Shown here in pieces: positions 37,921 to 47,100 of a DNA stretch of 64,000 nt; position 1 is the stretch's first letter; each line of letters begins with the position of its first letter. The notes beneath the pieces are model-generated. The model made no database searches. It saw only the letters and a list, made by a program, of their open reading frames with translations, and had not been told where the DNA came from. The translations under genes were made by a program, and so were the position numbers. Source of the DNA: Candidatus Woesearchaeota archaeon (GTDB lineage: Archaea > Nanobdellota > Nanobdellia > Pacearchaeales > GW2011-AR1); NCBI GenBank assembly GCA_964514585.1, contig CAZETU010000005.1, positions 10,904-74,903 of the forward strand. The letters run 5' to 3'.

Positions 37921-38754
37921 TTATTTTTTCTTTCCAACGGCTTTCTTTATTTTGTTAAAGACGCTAATTTTCTTCTTAGCAACAATTTTCTTAACAACTT
38001 TCTTCTTAGCCAAAATTTTCTTAACAACTTTCTTCTTAGCCAAAATTTTCTTAACAACCTTCTTCTTCACAGGAGCTTTCTTCTTGACAATTTTCTTAAC
38101 AACCTTTTTCTTTGGAGCAAGTTTTGCCCTTGCTGCTGCCCTTGCTGCTTTGAGTATAGCCTTCTTCTCAATCTCTTCCTTAGCAAGTTTCTTATCGGCT
38201 CTAGCCCTCTTTTTAGATTCTTTATCTCTAATATTCACAAGCTCACCTTGAATCAATTCCAAATTCTTCTCAGTTCTCGTAATCTTAGCCTTAGTATCTC
38301 GAATGGCTCCACTATTATCAGACAACTCATAAACCTCAGCGCATTCCTCACAAGTAAACCCATGTTCAAGACCCTTCTCCTCGCTAACCTCAATCCCACA
38401 AGGTTTACAAATATAAAATCTCTTCGTCTCCCGACTATTCAGCGTCGCATTAAAATCCCCAATCTTACGAATCAAAGATTGCTCCAATACAACCAAGCAT
38501 TTCTCAATCTTCAACGTCCAATAATAAATATACCAGCCCTTCCTTTTATCTTTCTTCCTAATAAAAGAAACAAGCCCGTCGGCAGAAAGCTTATATAAAA
38601 TATTTCGAACCTGATTTATCGTCAACTCCATTTTCTTTGCTATCAAAAACTCATTAACATCTTTCTTTCCAAAAAGAATCTCAACTATACGGCCGGTCCC
38701 AACACCTGCCAATTCCTCGACGAGATCATGTAGAAGTTTAACTTGCATGTACAA
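37921..38754 (-). CDS. tfe: Transcription factor E (TFIIE-alpha homolog) with Lys-rich repeat tail
   Basis: INQVRNILYKL, KGWYIYYW, CKPC...CEEC Zn ribbon; KKVVKKILAK repeats. Confidence 0.88.
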   Translation of the reverse strand: MYMQVKLLHDLVEELAGVGTGRIVEILFGKKDVNEFLIAKKMELTINQVRNILYKLSADGLVSFIRKKDKRKGWYIYYWTLKIEKCLVVLEQSLIRKIGDFNATLNSRETKRFYICKPCGIEVSEEKGLEHGFTCEECAEVYELSDNSGAIRDTKAKITRTEKNLELIQGELVNIRDKESKKRARADKKLAKEEIEKKAILKAARAAARAKLAPKKKVVKKIVKKKAPVKKKVVKKILAKKKVVKKILAKKKVVKKIVAKKKISVFNKIKKAVGKKK

Positions 38755-38872
38755 TGATAATAATTTCCGTTTAAATACTTTCTCATTTTACCAAAGACAA
38801 AGTAATCTAAAGAACTGTTACTATTACAAAATTACCATAAACCTATAAAAAAGAAATCACCTAAACAATATC

Positions 38873-39538
38873 ATGGGGTTATTTAAAAAAGACGAAGAGG
38901 TTCCAGAACTACCGAAGCTTCCCTCCTTGCCAGAACTACCAAATAAAGAACTTTCAGAGAAAAAAGAACTCCCAGAACTTCCTTCTTTCCCAGCAACTCA
39001 AAACAACGAAAACATCAATCAAGAAATGGTCAAATCAGCCGTTACCGACGCTCCTTCAAAATTAAGCATGGAAGCACCTTCTGGGGAAGAAGAGGTGAAA
39101 ACTCCAGAAGGACTTCAAATAAAAGAGGACCCATCATTATCCCCACTTCCTTCACCTGCCCCAGGACTTCCCTCAATTCAATCAATTCAATCAACAAAAG
39201 AACCAGCAAAAATGCAATCTCCAATGTCTCTCCCAGAACCACCAAGACCCCAAGAAAAGAAATCTCTAGAACTACATGCTTCAATATCAGACAAATCAAT
39301 CAATACTCCAGCAACAAAACAATCAGAGCCAATCTTTGTCAGAATAGATAAATTTCAAGCAGCTCAAAAGAACTTCGAACAAATCAGAGACAAAGTAAAA
39401 GAAATAGAATCAGTTTTGAAAAAAATCAAAGATGTAAAATCTCAAGAAGAGACTGAAATAAAAGGCTGGACCGAAGACGTCGAAAAAATCAAAGCACGAC
39501 TATCAGAAATAGACACAGGCATCTTCGACCAAATTTAA
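38873..39538 (+). CDS. Pro-rich protein with C-terminal coiled coil
   Basis: ELPELP repeats; PIFVRIDKF then heptads. Confidence 0.7.
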   Translation: MGLFKKDEEVPELPKLPSLPELPNKELSEKKELPELPSFPATQNNENINQEMVKSAVTDAPSKLSMEAPSGEEEVKTPEGLQIKEDPSLSPLPSPAPGLPSIQSIQSTKEPAKMQSPMSLPEPPRPQEKKSLELHASISDKSINTPATKQSEPIFVRIDKFQAAQKNFEQIRDKVKEIESVLKKIKDVKSQEETEIKGWTEDVEKIKARLSEIDTGIFDQI

Positions 39539-39542
39539 TTTT

Positions 39543-39905
39543 ATGGCATCAAAAGAAGAACTCTACATTTCAATCAGTCCAAAAGAATACAGGGCAAACA
39601 AACTAAGCATTCTAGGTTGCCAAATCGACCTTCTTCAAACCCTAAAAAGACTTCACAACTTAAGCGTCCTCGCAAGACAAAAACACGACCTAAAAATCAG
39701 ACTCCAAAAATTACTATCATCAACAATGTTAGAAATCGACTCCGCTCAAAGCAAAATGCCAACACCCCAAGTCCCAAAAACGATAATAAAAAAACCAGAA
39801 GAACCAAAGATCGTCAAAGAAACAAAAAGAGACTTATCTATACAAAGTAACATAGACGAAGAATTAAGATCAATCCAAGAAAAGCTTCAAACACTAAATG
39901 GCTAA
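39543..39905 (+). CDS. Coiled-coil hypothetical protein
   Basis: LYISISPKEY then heptads; co-operonic. Confidence 0.65.
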   Translation: MASKEELYISISPKEYRANKLSILGCQIDLLQTLKRLHNLSVLARQKHDLKIRLQKLLSSTMLEIDSAQSKMPTPQVPKTIIKKPEEPKIVKETKRDLSIQSNIDEELRSIQEKLQTLNG

Positions 39906-39935
39906 ATTTAAAAGTCGACCTTCCTAAATTATTCT

Positions 39936-41690
39936 ATGAACAGAAAAGAACTAATCAAGAAATATATTGAATTCTTCAAGTCGAAAGACCACGCCGAAAT
40001 TAAAAACTCAAGCCTAATCCCAGAAAACGATCCAACGGTTTTATTCACAACCGCAGGAATGCAACCATTAGTGCCAAATCTATTAGGCGAATCCCACCCT
40101 CAGGGGAAAAGATTAGCAAACGTCCAACGATGCATTAGAACCGTAGACATAGAAGAAGTAGGTGACACATGCCACCATACCCTTTTCGAAATGCTCGGAA
40201 ACTGGTCTCTAGGCGATTATTTCAAAAAAGAAGCAATCCAAATGACATTTGAATTTGTAACAAAAGTTCTAAAATTACCAATTGAAAGATTAGCAGTATC
40301 AGTTTTCAAAGGAAACGAGAATGCCCCAAAAGATGAAGAATCCGCAGAGGCTTGGAGGTCATCAGGGTTCCCTCAGGAAAGAATTGCATTTTTAGAAGCA
40401 AAAGAAAATTTCTGGGGGCCCGCAGGAGAAACAGGACCATGCGGACCAAATACCGAAATATTTTATTGGAAGCTAAATGATGTTCCAGCACCAAAAGAAT
40501 ATGATTACACCGACGAAAACTGGGTAGAAATCGGAAACGATGTCATTATGGAATACGAAAAAGACAAAAAAGGAAATTACAAACTTCTTAACCAAAAAAA
40601 TATTGACTTCGGCGGCGGCGTAGAAAGAACAGTCGCAATTCTTAACGGCCTCGAAGATAACTATCTAGCAGACATGTGGCAACCAGTAATAAAAGAAATA
40701 GAAAAAATCTCAAATAAAAAATATGAAGATAATAAAAAAGAAATGCGAATCATAGCAGACCACATCAAGGCAGCAACTTTCATAATCGCCGATGGGGCAG
40801 TCCCGGGCAATGCAGAACAAGGCTATGTCCTAAGAAGACTAATTAGAAGAGCAATCAGAAACCTAAGAAAAATAGACATCCCAATTTTAGAAATGGATGC
40901 AACAGTTGAAATCGCAAAAATAATAATCGACATCTACGACGATTACGAAATATTACAAAACAACAAAGAAAAAATATTATCAGAGCTAAAAGCCGAAGAA
41001 GACAAATTTCAAAAAACTCTCGACAAAGGATTAAGAGAATTCGAAAAAATGAGCTCAGACGACAAAATCGACGCAAAAGAATCATTCCTACTTTACCAAT
41101 CATACGGCTTCCCAATCGAAATGATAAAAGAGCTAGCAAAAGAAAAAGGAATCAAAGTCGACGAAAAAGGTTTCAACAAAGAATTCAACAAACACCAAGA
41201 ACTTTCACGTACAGCCTCAGCAGGAAAATTCAAATCCGGTCTAGCAGATAATTCCGACGCAACAAAAAAACTACACACAGCTTGCCACCTCCTTAACGAA
41301 GCCCTCAGGGTTGTTCTAAAAAACAAAGAGATTTTCCAGAAAGGTTCCAATATCACACCAGAAAGATTACGTTTCGATTTTAACTTCGATAGAAAATTAA
41401 CAGACGAAGAAAAACAGGCAATCGAAGATTTAGTAAATAAAAAAATTCAAGAAAACATACCAGTAGAATTACAAGAACTAACGTTAGACGAAGCAAAGCA
41501 ACAAGGAGCCCAAGGTGTATTCGACTCAAAATACGGAGACAAAGTAAAGGTCTACTCTGTTGGAGATTTTAGCAAAGAAATTTGCGCAGGCCCCCACGCC
41601 GAAAACACTTCAGAATTAGGAACCTTCAAAATCAAAAAAGAACAATCAAGCTCTTCGGGCGTTAGAAGAATCAAAGCAGTACTTGAATAA
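39936..41690 (+). CDS. alaS: Alanine--tRNA ligase, short form lacking C-Ala domain
   Basis: LFTTAGMQP, FEMLGNWSLGDYFK, GPCGPNTE, DFGGGVER, HTACHLL, EICAGPH, GVRRIKA terminus. Confidence 0.95.
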   Translation: MNRKELIKKYIEFFKSKDHAEIKNSSLIPENDPTVLFTTAGMQPLVPNLLGESHPQGKRLANVQRCIRTVDIEEVGDTCHHTLFEMLGNWSLGDYFKKEAIQMTFEFVTKVLKLPIERLAVSVFKGNENAPKDEESAEAWRSSGFPQERIAFLEAKENFWGPAGETGPCGPNTEIFYWKLNDVPAPKEYDYTDENWVEIGNDVIMEYEKDKKGNYKLLNQKNIDFGGGVERTVAILNGLEDNYLADMWQPVIKEIEKISNKKYEDNKKEMRIIADHIKAATFIIADGAVPGNAEQGYVLRRLIRRAIRNLRKIDIPILEMDATVEIAKIIIDIYDDYEILQNNKEKILSELKAEEDKFQKTLDKGLREFEKMSSDDKIDAKESFLLYQSYGFPIEMIKELAKEKGIKVDEKGFNKEFNKHQELSRTASAGKFKSGLADNSDATKKLHTACHLLNEALRVVLKNKEIFQKGSNITPERLRFDFNFDRKLTDEEKQAIEDLVNKKIQENIPVELQELTLDEAKQQGAQGVFDSKYGDKVKVYSVGDFSKEICAGPHAENTSELGTFKIKKEQSSSSGVRRIKAVLE

Positions 41691-42158
41691 CTATATACCT
41701 GAAAGAGATATGCCTAAAGACCTTAAACTTTCTCCCGAATCTTTTATAAGTTTATCAATCTTAGCCCCAGAAGCTGTCGCAATATATCCCAAAGCCACAG
41801 AAGGAAAAAGTTCCGAAGCAGTATTATCCCAATTGTATATCCCAATTAATTCTGGAGTTTTGTCGACTAAAATAGAATATTCTCTCCATTCAGGAATATC
41901 GCGTGCGCCACTACTCCATTCATTGCCATGAATCCTTTCATCCTCAACCATAGCCGAAAGAGAAGCCTCAATTGCTTTATATATTTTTGTTCCAATATCA
42001 TCTCCCCTCAGCGCAAGAAGAATCTGATCCTCATTTCCATTATTAAATCCGTGAAGATTATCGACAGTTACATCAGAAGCATTAAATGCAGGTCTAATAT
42101 AATGTTCAAAAGAGGGAACTCTCCAATACCGTCTCCCAAGGATAATCGCCGAACCCAT
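41691..42158 (-). CDS. Hypothetical protein
   Basis: 155-aa ORF convergent on alaS. Confidence 0.5.
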   Translation of the reverse strand: MGSAIILGRRYWRVPSFEHYIRPAFNASDVTVDNLHGFNNGNEDQILLALRGDDIGTKIYKAIEASLSAMVEDERIHGNEWSSGARDIPEWREYSILVDKTPELIGIYNWDNTASELFPSVALGYIATASGAKIDKLIKDSGESLRSLGISLSGI

Positions 42159-42197
42159 AAATTCTCAACCAAAAGACCCTTTATAATAATTTATATT

Positions 42198-43244
42198 CTA
42201 GAAAGGAATATCATCTTCAGGTTGCAAAGGCAACAAATCGTGCGGCCCAAATTCCTCTTCACCCCTAGCTAACCATTTCGTCAATCGATCCAATCTTTCA
42301 ATTTCCTCTCTCGACAAATGACTAGTATCAACGACAACACTCTCTTCTCCAAGCAAGCTCATTCCAACAGTTTTCTCTATTCCGTCCAACATCCCAACGC
42401 ACTCCTGCCTCTCCGCATCAACTCCCTCAACAATCTCTCTCCGCTCCCCAACAACTTTCCTCATCTGATTATTAAACACATCATGAACATCATCCTCACA
42501 CAAAGCATATATCGAATTCCCATTGGGCCCATCCAACGTAACACGCTTCAAATCATCAACCTTCTCAAATCTTCGCCTCATCAACTCAACCCTCTCCTGT
42601 CCATCCTTCGTCGTCAATGTCATATCGCCCTGATGAATCGCCAAAATATCCCTAGCGTAAAGATTCTGATGCGAATGCCCAGTACTCTTCCTATCATAAT
42701 AATTCATCGGAGTTCCATCATTAATATCGTCTTCTATCATATTAAGCAACCTCTTCTCAATCTCCCCAATATCCTCCCTCGTTCTCATGTGCCGACTTAT
42801 AGCAAAAGCATGAAAAGCATAATCATGAGGAACAAAAAACATATCATTATATCTAAGTCTTATCGTAGAGAACCTACTCTTGATATGCTCAGACTTAACA
42901 CCATTCGGTTTGCACACAACCCCATAATACAACCTAGAATTCCGCTCCTCCTCCATTATACCAGAAAACAAATCGTCCCCATCCGGCTCATGCCCAAAAA
43001 GCGCAACATGCTCTTCAACACTTCTAACCCCACACTGAAGCTGATAATCAACCATCACCCCCTTATCTTTTCCAGCCTTCAATTCAATCGTAACACGCGG
43101 ATCGTAAAGCCCCCTAATCGTCACAAAATCAGGTCGCTTACTCCCAGGCTGATGGTACATCATAAGCAATCTAGACATATAATGCTCAGCATCATTTCCA
43201 AAGTCACCAGTCTTATCATGCCGACCCTTCTTTTTGCCCATCAA
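42198..43244 (-). CDS. Hypothetical protein with possible N-terminal PD-(D/E)xK nuclease motif
   Basis: GNDAE...RPDF...IELKAG. Confidence 0.5.
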   Translation of the reverse strand: MMGKKKGRHDKTGDFGNDAEHYMSRLLMMYHQPGSKRPDFVTIRGLYDPRVTIELKAGKDKGVMVDYQLQCGVRSVEEHVALFGHEPDGDDLFSGIMEEERNSRLYYGVVCKPNGVKSEHIKSRFSTIRLRYNDMFFVPHDYAFHAFAISRHMRTREDIGEIEKRLLNMIEDDINDGTPMNYYDRKSTGHSHQNLYARDILAIHQGDMTLTTKDGQERVELMRRRFEKVDDLKRVTLDGPNGNSIYALCEDDVHDVFNNQMRKVVGERREIVEGVDAERQECVGMLDGIEKTVGMSLLGEESVVVDTSHLSREEIERLDRLTKWLARGEEEFGPHDLLPLQPEDDIPF

Positions 43245-43296
43245 AAAATCGCGTAAACATCATTATAAACAATATCTATCCTAGAAACTATATATT

Positions 43297-43704
43297 CTAC
43301 TTCTTAATCTTCTTCTCCAACTTCCCTAACCTACTCAAAATCTCCTCAATCCCCTTCTCCGACTTTCGATTAACCTGATAATCATACTCAACCTTCAACC
43401 TATCCTTTTGACTCTGCCTATTCTGACTCATCAAAATTACAGGCGCCTGAATCGCAGCCAAACACGACAAAAACAAATTCAAAAGAATAAACGGATAAGG
43501 ATCCACCAAACTCCCCTGAAGATATTTCAACAAAAACAGCCCATTAGTCGCCATCCATATACCCAAGAAAACAAAAAATATTATAATAAAAGTCCAACTC
43601 CCAGCCCATTTCGAAATAAAATCAGCCGCCTTCTGCCCAAAAGTCTGAGGATGAATCAAATTCTGAAAAATACCATTTATCTTCCCAACCTTCACCTTTT
43701 TCAT
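43297..43704 (-). CDS. DUF1003 membrane protein
   Basis: ADFISKWAGSWTF, DPYPFILLNLFLSCLAAIQAPVILMSQNRQ. Confidence 0.9.
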   Translation of the reverse strand: MKKVKVGKINGIFQNLIHPQTFGQKAADFISKWAGSWTFIIIFFVFLGIWMATNGLFLLKYLQGSLVDPYPFILLNLFLSCLAAIQAPVILMSQNRQSQKDRLKVEYDYQVNRKSEKGIEEILSRLGKLEKKIKK

Positions 43705-43816
43705 AGCCTAATAATCCAGAATGACTTTATATATTTAGTCATCAACGCCAACAAAGTAATTACTATAAAATTACAGCAATAACAAACTTTATAACTCTCT
43801 TTTTAGGATTAATAGT

Positions 43817-44185
43817 ATGGAAATACCACATCAATATAAATTTGGATTTTGCAAGGATCCTAAAGAAATTATTCCAGTAGGAGAAAGAACTTATGGGGAA
43901 CACGTTAACGGAACAATAGCTTTCGGAAATATAATGGGAATTTTTAAAGGATCACATAAATCTTCAGATGGATTAGTAGTTTTACATTTTAGTGCAACAG
44001 CCATATGCGAAGACCCAAGAAAAGTGCCAGAGATATCAGAGAATTATTTCTCTCACACAGTGCTAGAACCGATAAATATAACACAAATCCCAGAAGGTCT
44101 ACATAAATATGTGGCAAGACTAAAGGCAAATAAGGGACTTGACACTTTGCAAGACGAACCCCAACCAAAAATAATTCTACTCTAA
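43817..44185 (+). CDS. Hypothetical protein
   Basis: 122-aa ORF; TATA-like CTTTATAA upstream. Confidence 0.5.
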   Translation: MEIPHQYKFGFCKDPKEIIPVGERTYGEHVNGTIAFGNIMGIFKGSHKSSDGLVVLHFSATAICEDPRKVPEISENYFSHTVLEPINITQIPEGLHKYVARLKANKGLDTLQDEPQPKIILL

Positions 44186-47100
44186 TCACTCCAACCAAAC
44201 AGATGGCTTCCCCGGCTTAGCTTTCTTAGCCCGATTCTCCGGATCACGTTTCCCAGCATCATTAACCGCGTAAACCTCAACTTCCTTCCCAACACCTTTC
44301 GAAATCTTCTTCTCATCAATCTTCCCAATCTCAAACGGCATCACATAAATACAAACTTTCTCAACATCACCCTCAGTCTTATCCAAAATCCCCTTCACAT
44401 TCTCAATAACCTTTCCATTAAAATCTCCAGCCTCACCTTTTTTCAAAATCTTTTTCTCATCAACCTTAGGCCAACTCGACTTGGAAATAAAACCCTTATT
44501 CCCAATCTTCTCCCAAAGCTCCTCGGCAATATGCGGACAAATCGGACTAAGCAATTGCAAGAATTTTTCATAAGTTTCTTTTGAAACTATTTTTTCAGCT
44601 TCAATTAAACCAAATAAAGCTCGAATGAGAATAGTTGCCTTACGATATTCAAAATTGTCATAATAACCCGTGACCATTTTTACCACATTATTTATTCTAA
44701 TTTCCAATCCTTTTGAGTCTTTTCCAAAAGTTATCTTATCAGAAAATTCAAAAATTTTCTTCACAAATCTACTAGACCCATTAATCCCCTTCTCACTCCA
44801 ATCAATATTCTTATCAGGACTAGCCAAACTCGACAAGAAAAACCGCGCCGTATCAATCCCATACTTAGAAGAAACCTCCTCAGGCAAAACCCCATTCCCC
44901 TTAGACTTACTCATCTTCTCCCCGTCCTCACCATGCAACATTCCCTGATGAAACAACCGAACCGCCGGCTCATCAAAATCAATCAACCCAAGGTCCCTCA
45001 AAAACTTCACATAAAACCGCGAATAAATCAAATGCATACAAGCATGCTCAGCCCCGCCAACATAAGTATCAACCGGACACCAATACTTCACCTTCTTCGG
45101 ATCAAAAATAGCCTTATCATTCCCAGGATCACAATACCTCAAAAAATACCAAGAAGAATTAACAAAAGTATCCATAGTATCAGATTCTCGCCGACCTTTA
45201 CCCCCACACTTAGGGCATTTCACATTCAACCATTTCTCATTAGTCTCCAAGGGATTCCCATCCCCAAACTTAACATCCTTCGGTAATTCAATAGGCAAGT
45301 CTTTTTCAGCCACACCAACAACCCCACACTTCTCACAATAAATCACAGGAATCGGCGTCCCCCAATATCTCTGACGACTAACTCCCCAATCCCGAAGCTT
45401 AAAATTAACAACATCCCGACCAACCCCTTTCTTCTTCAACCACGAAGTAATCTTCTTCTTTGCCTCAACATTATCAACCCCATCAAACTCACCAGAATTA
45501 CAAAGCTTACCCCCGCCAACATAAGCCTCACTCTTTCCCAAATATTCCAACAGCCCAGCACAATTATCCTTATGTGTCATCTGTTCCAAAGCCTCATCAG
45601 CCCCAAGCCAAATCGCATCATGCCTATTCTTTTCTTTCTCTTCAACCTCCACAGGCTTCTCATCTATCAACTCCAACAAAACCGGCTGATCCACCCGAGC
45701 CCTCCAAACCTTTTTATTATCAGCATAAAAATAAGACTCAACCTTCTCTCCCAAAGTCCTAACAAATTTCGTCTTATAACCAGTCTCTTCCAAGGCCTCC
45801 CTAACGGCAGCATCTTCAACCGACTCACCCTCGTCAACTCCACCAACAACAGGCGCAATCCAACCAAACTCCTTCCACTTCACCAACAAAAACTTATCAT
45901 CACTCTTCCGATGCACAACAACAGAAATCGTATCCCTATAAACAGCATCCTTATGCGCCTCCCCATAAACAGGACGAACAACCTGCCTAACCTCAATCCC
46001 ATACTTCTTAGCAAACTCAAAATCCCGAGCATCATGCGCAGGAACAGCCATCACCATCCCAGCCCCATAATCCGCAACAACAAAATTCCCAGCCCAAACA
46101 GGAACTCGCCTACCATTAACAGGATTAACAGCATACGACCCAGTAAAAACCCCTTCCTTCTCTAAGTCACCAGCGTCCTTCTCGGAAACCGATTTCAACT
46201 TCTTCAAAAACTTATCAACTTCTTCCCTTTGCCCCTTGGTAACCAACGAATCCAAATTAGCATGCTGCGCAGAAACAACCATAAATGTAACCCCAAAAAT
46301 AGTATCAGGACGAGTCGTAAAAATCGGCCACTTATCCTTTTTGAAAAACTCTAAAACCTCCTCAAGCTTTTTGACTCCCTCACTATCACTCATATGCTTC
46401 TTGCCTTTCAGAATTTCAACATTTTCAAAATTCTCTTTAAAAAAATCAACAACCTCACCATTTATGTAAGGATCATCTGCTCCAAATATAAAATCAATTT
46501 TTCTAGCATTATTTTTAACCTTATCAACATCTAAACCATGAGACTGATATTTTTTAAAAATCTCCAGCTCCTCTTTCGGCAAAGAATTCTTGAACTGAGA
46601 AAAATATTTATCACTAGGATTAAACCCAACAGGTGAAACTAAAACTAATTTATCAACATTATATTTTTCAGCAAGCTTCAACGCAAGATGTCCACCCATA
46701 CTATGCCCAACAATGGAAAAATTCTTCAACCCATTTTTTTTAATCTTCTTTTCAGCAAAGTTCATCCATTCATCAAAATCAGGAGAATTAGTATCAGGAA
46801 AATCAAAATCAAAAACCTCCTTCCCATCATTTTCCAACTTATCTTTTAACCAAGGAATAAATCCAGATTTAGAAGTGTCTTCCCATCCATGCAAAATCAA
46901 AACTTGTTCCTTCACCCTATTGATTTCATTCAACAACTCAGGAAATTCATGAGTTCCCATAGAACCAAAAACAAAATGACCATGATTTTTCAAATCAATA
47001 ATTTTGCCCCCAATATCTTTTTCAAAAAGCTTAACACTCTTTTTCCCATCATCTTCTTCATTATCCGAAGTAAAAATAACAGCCTCATCAATATTTTCCT

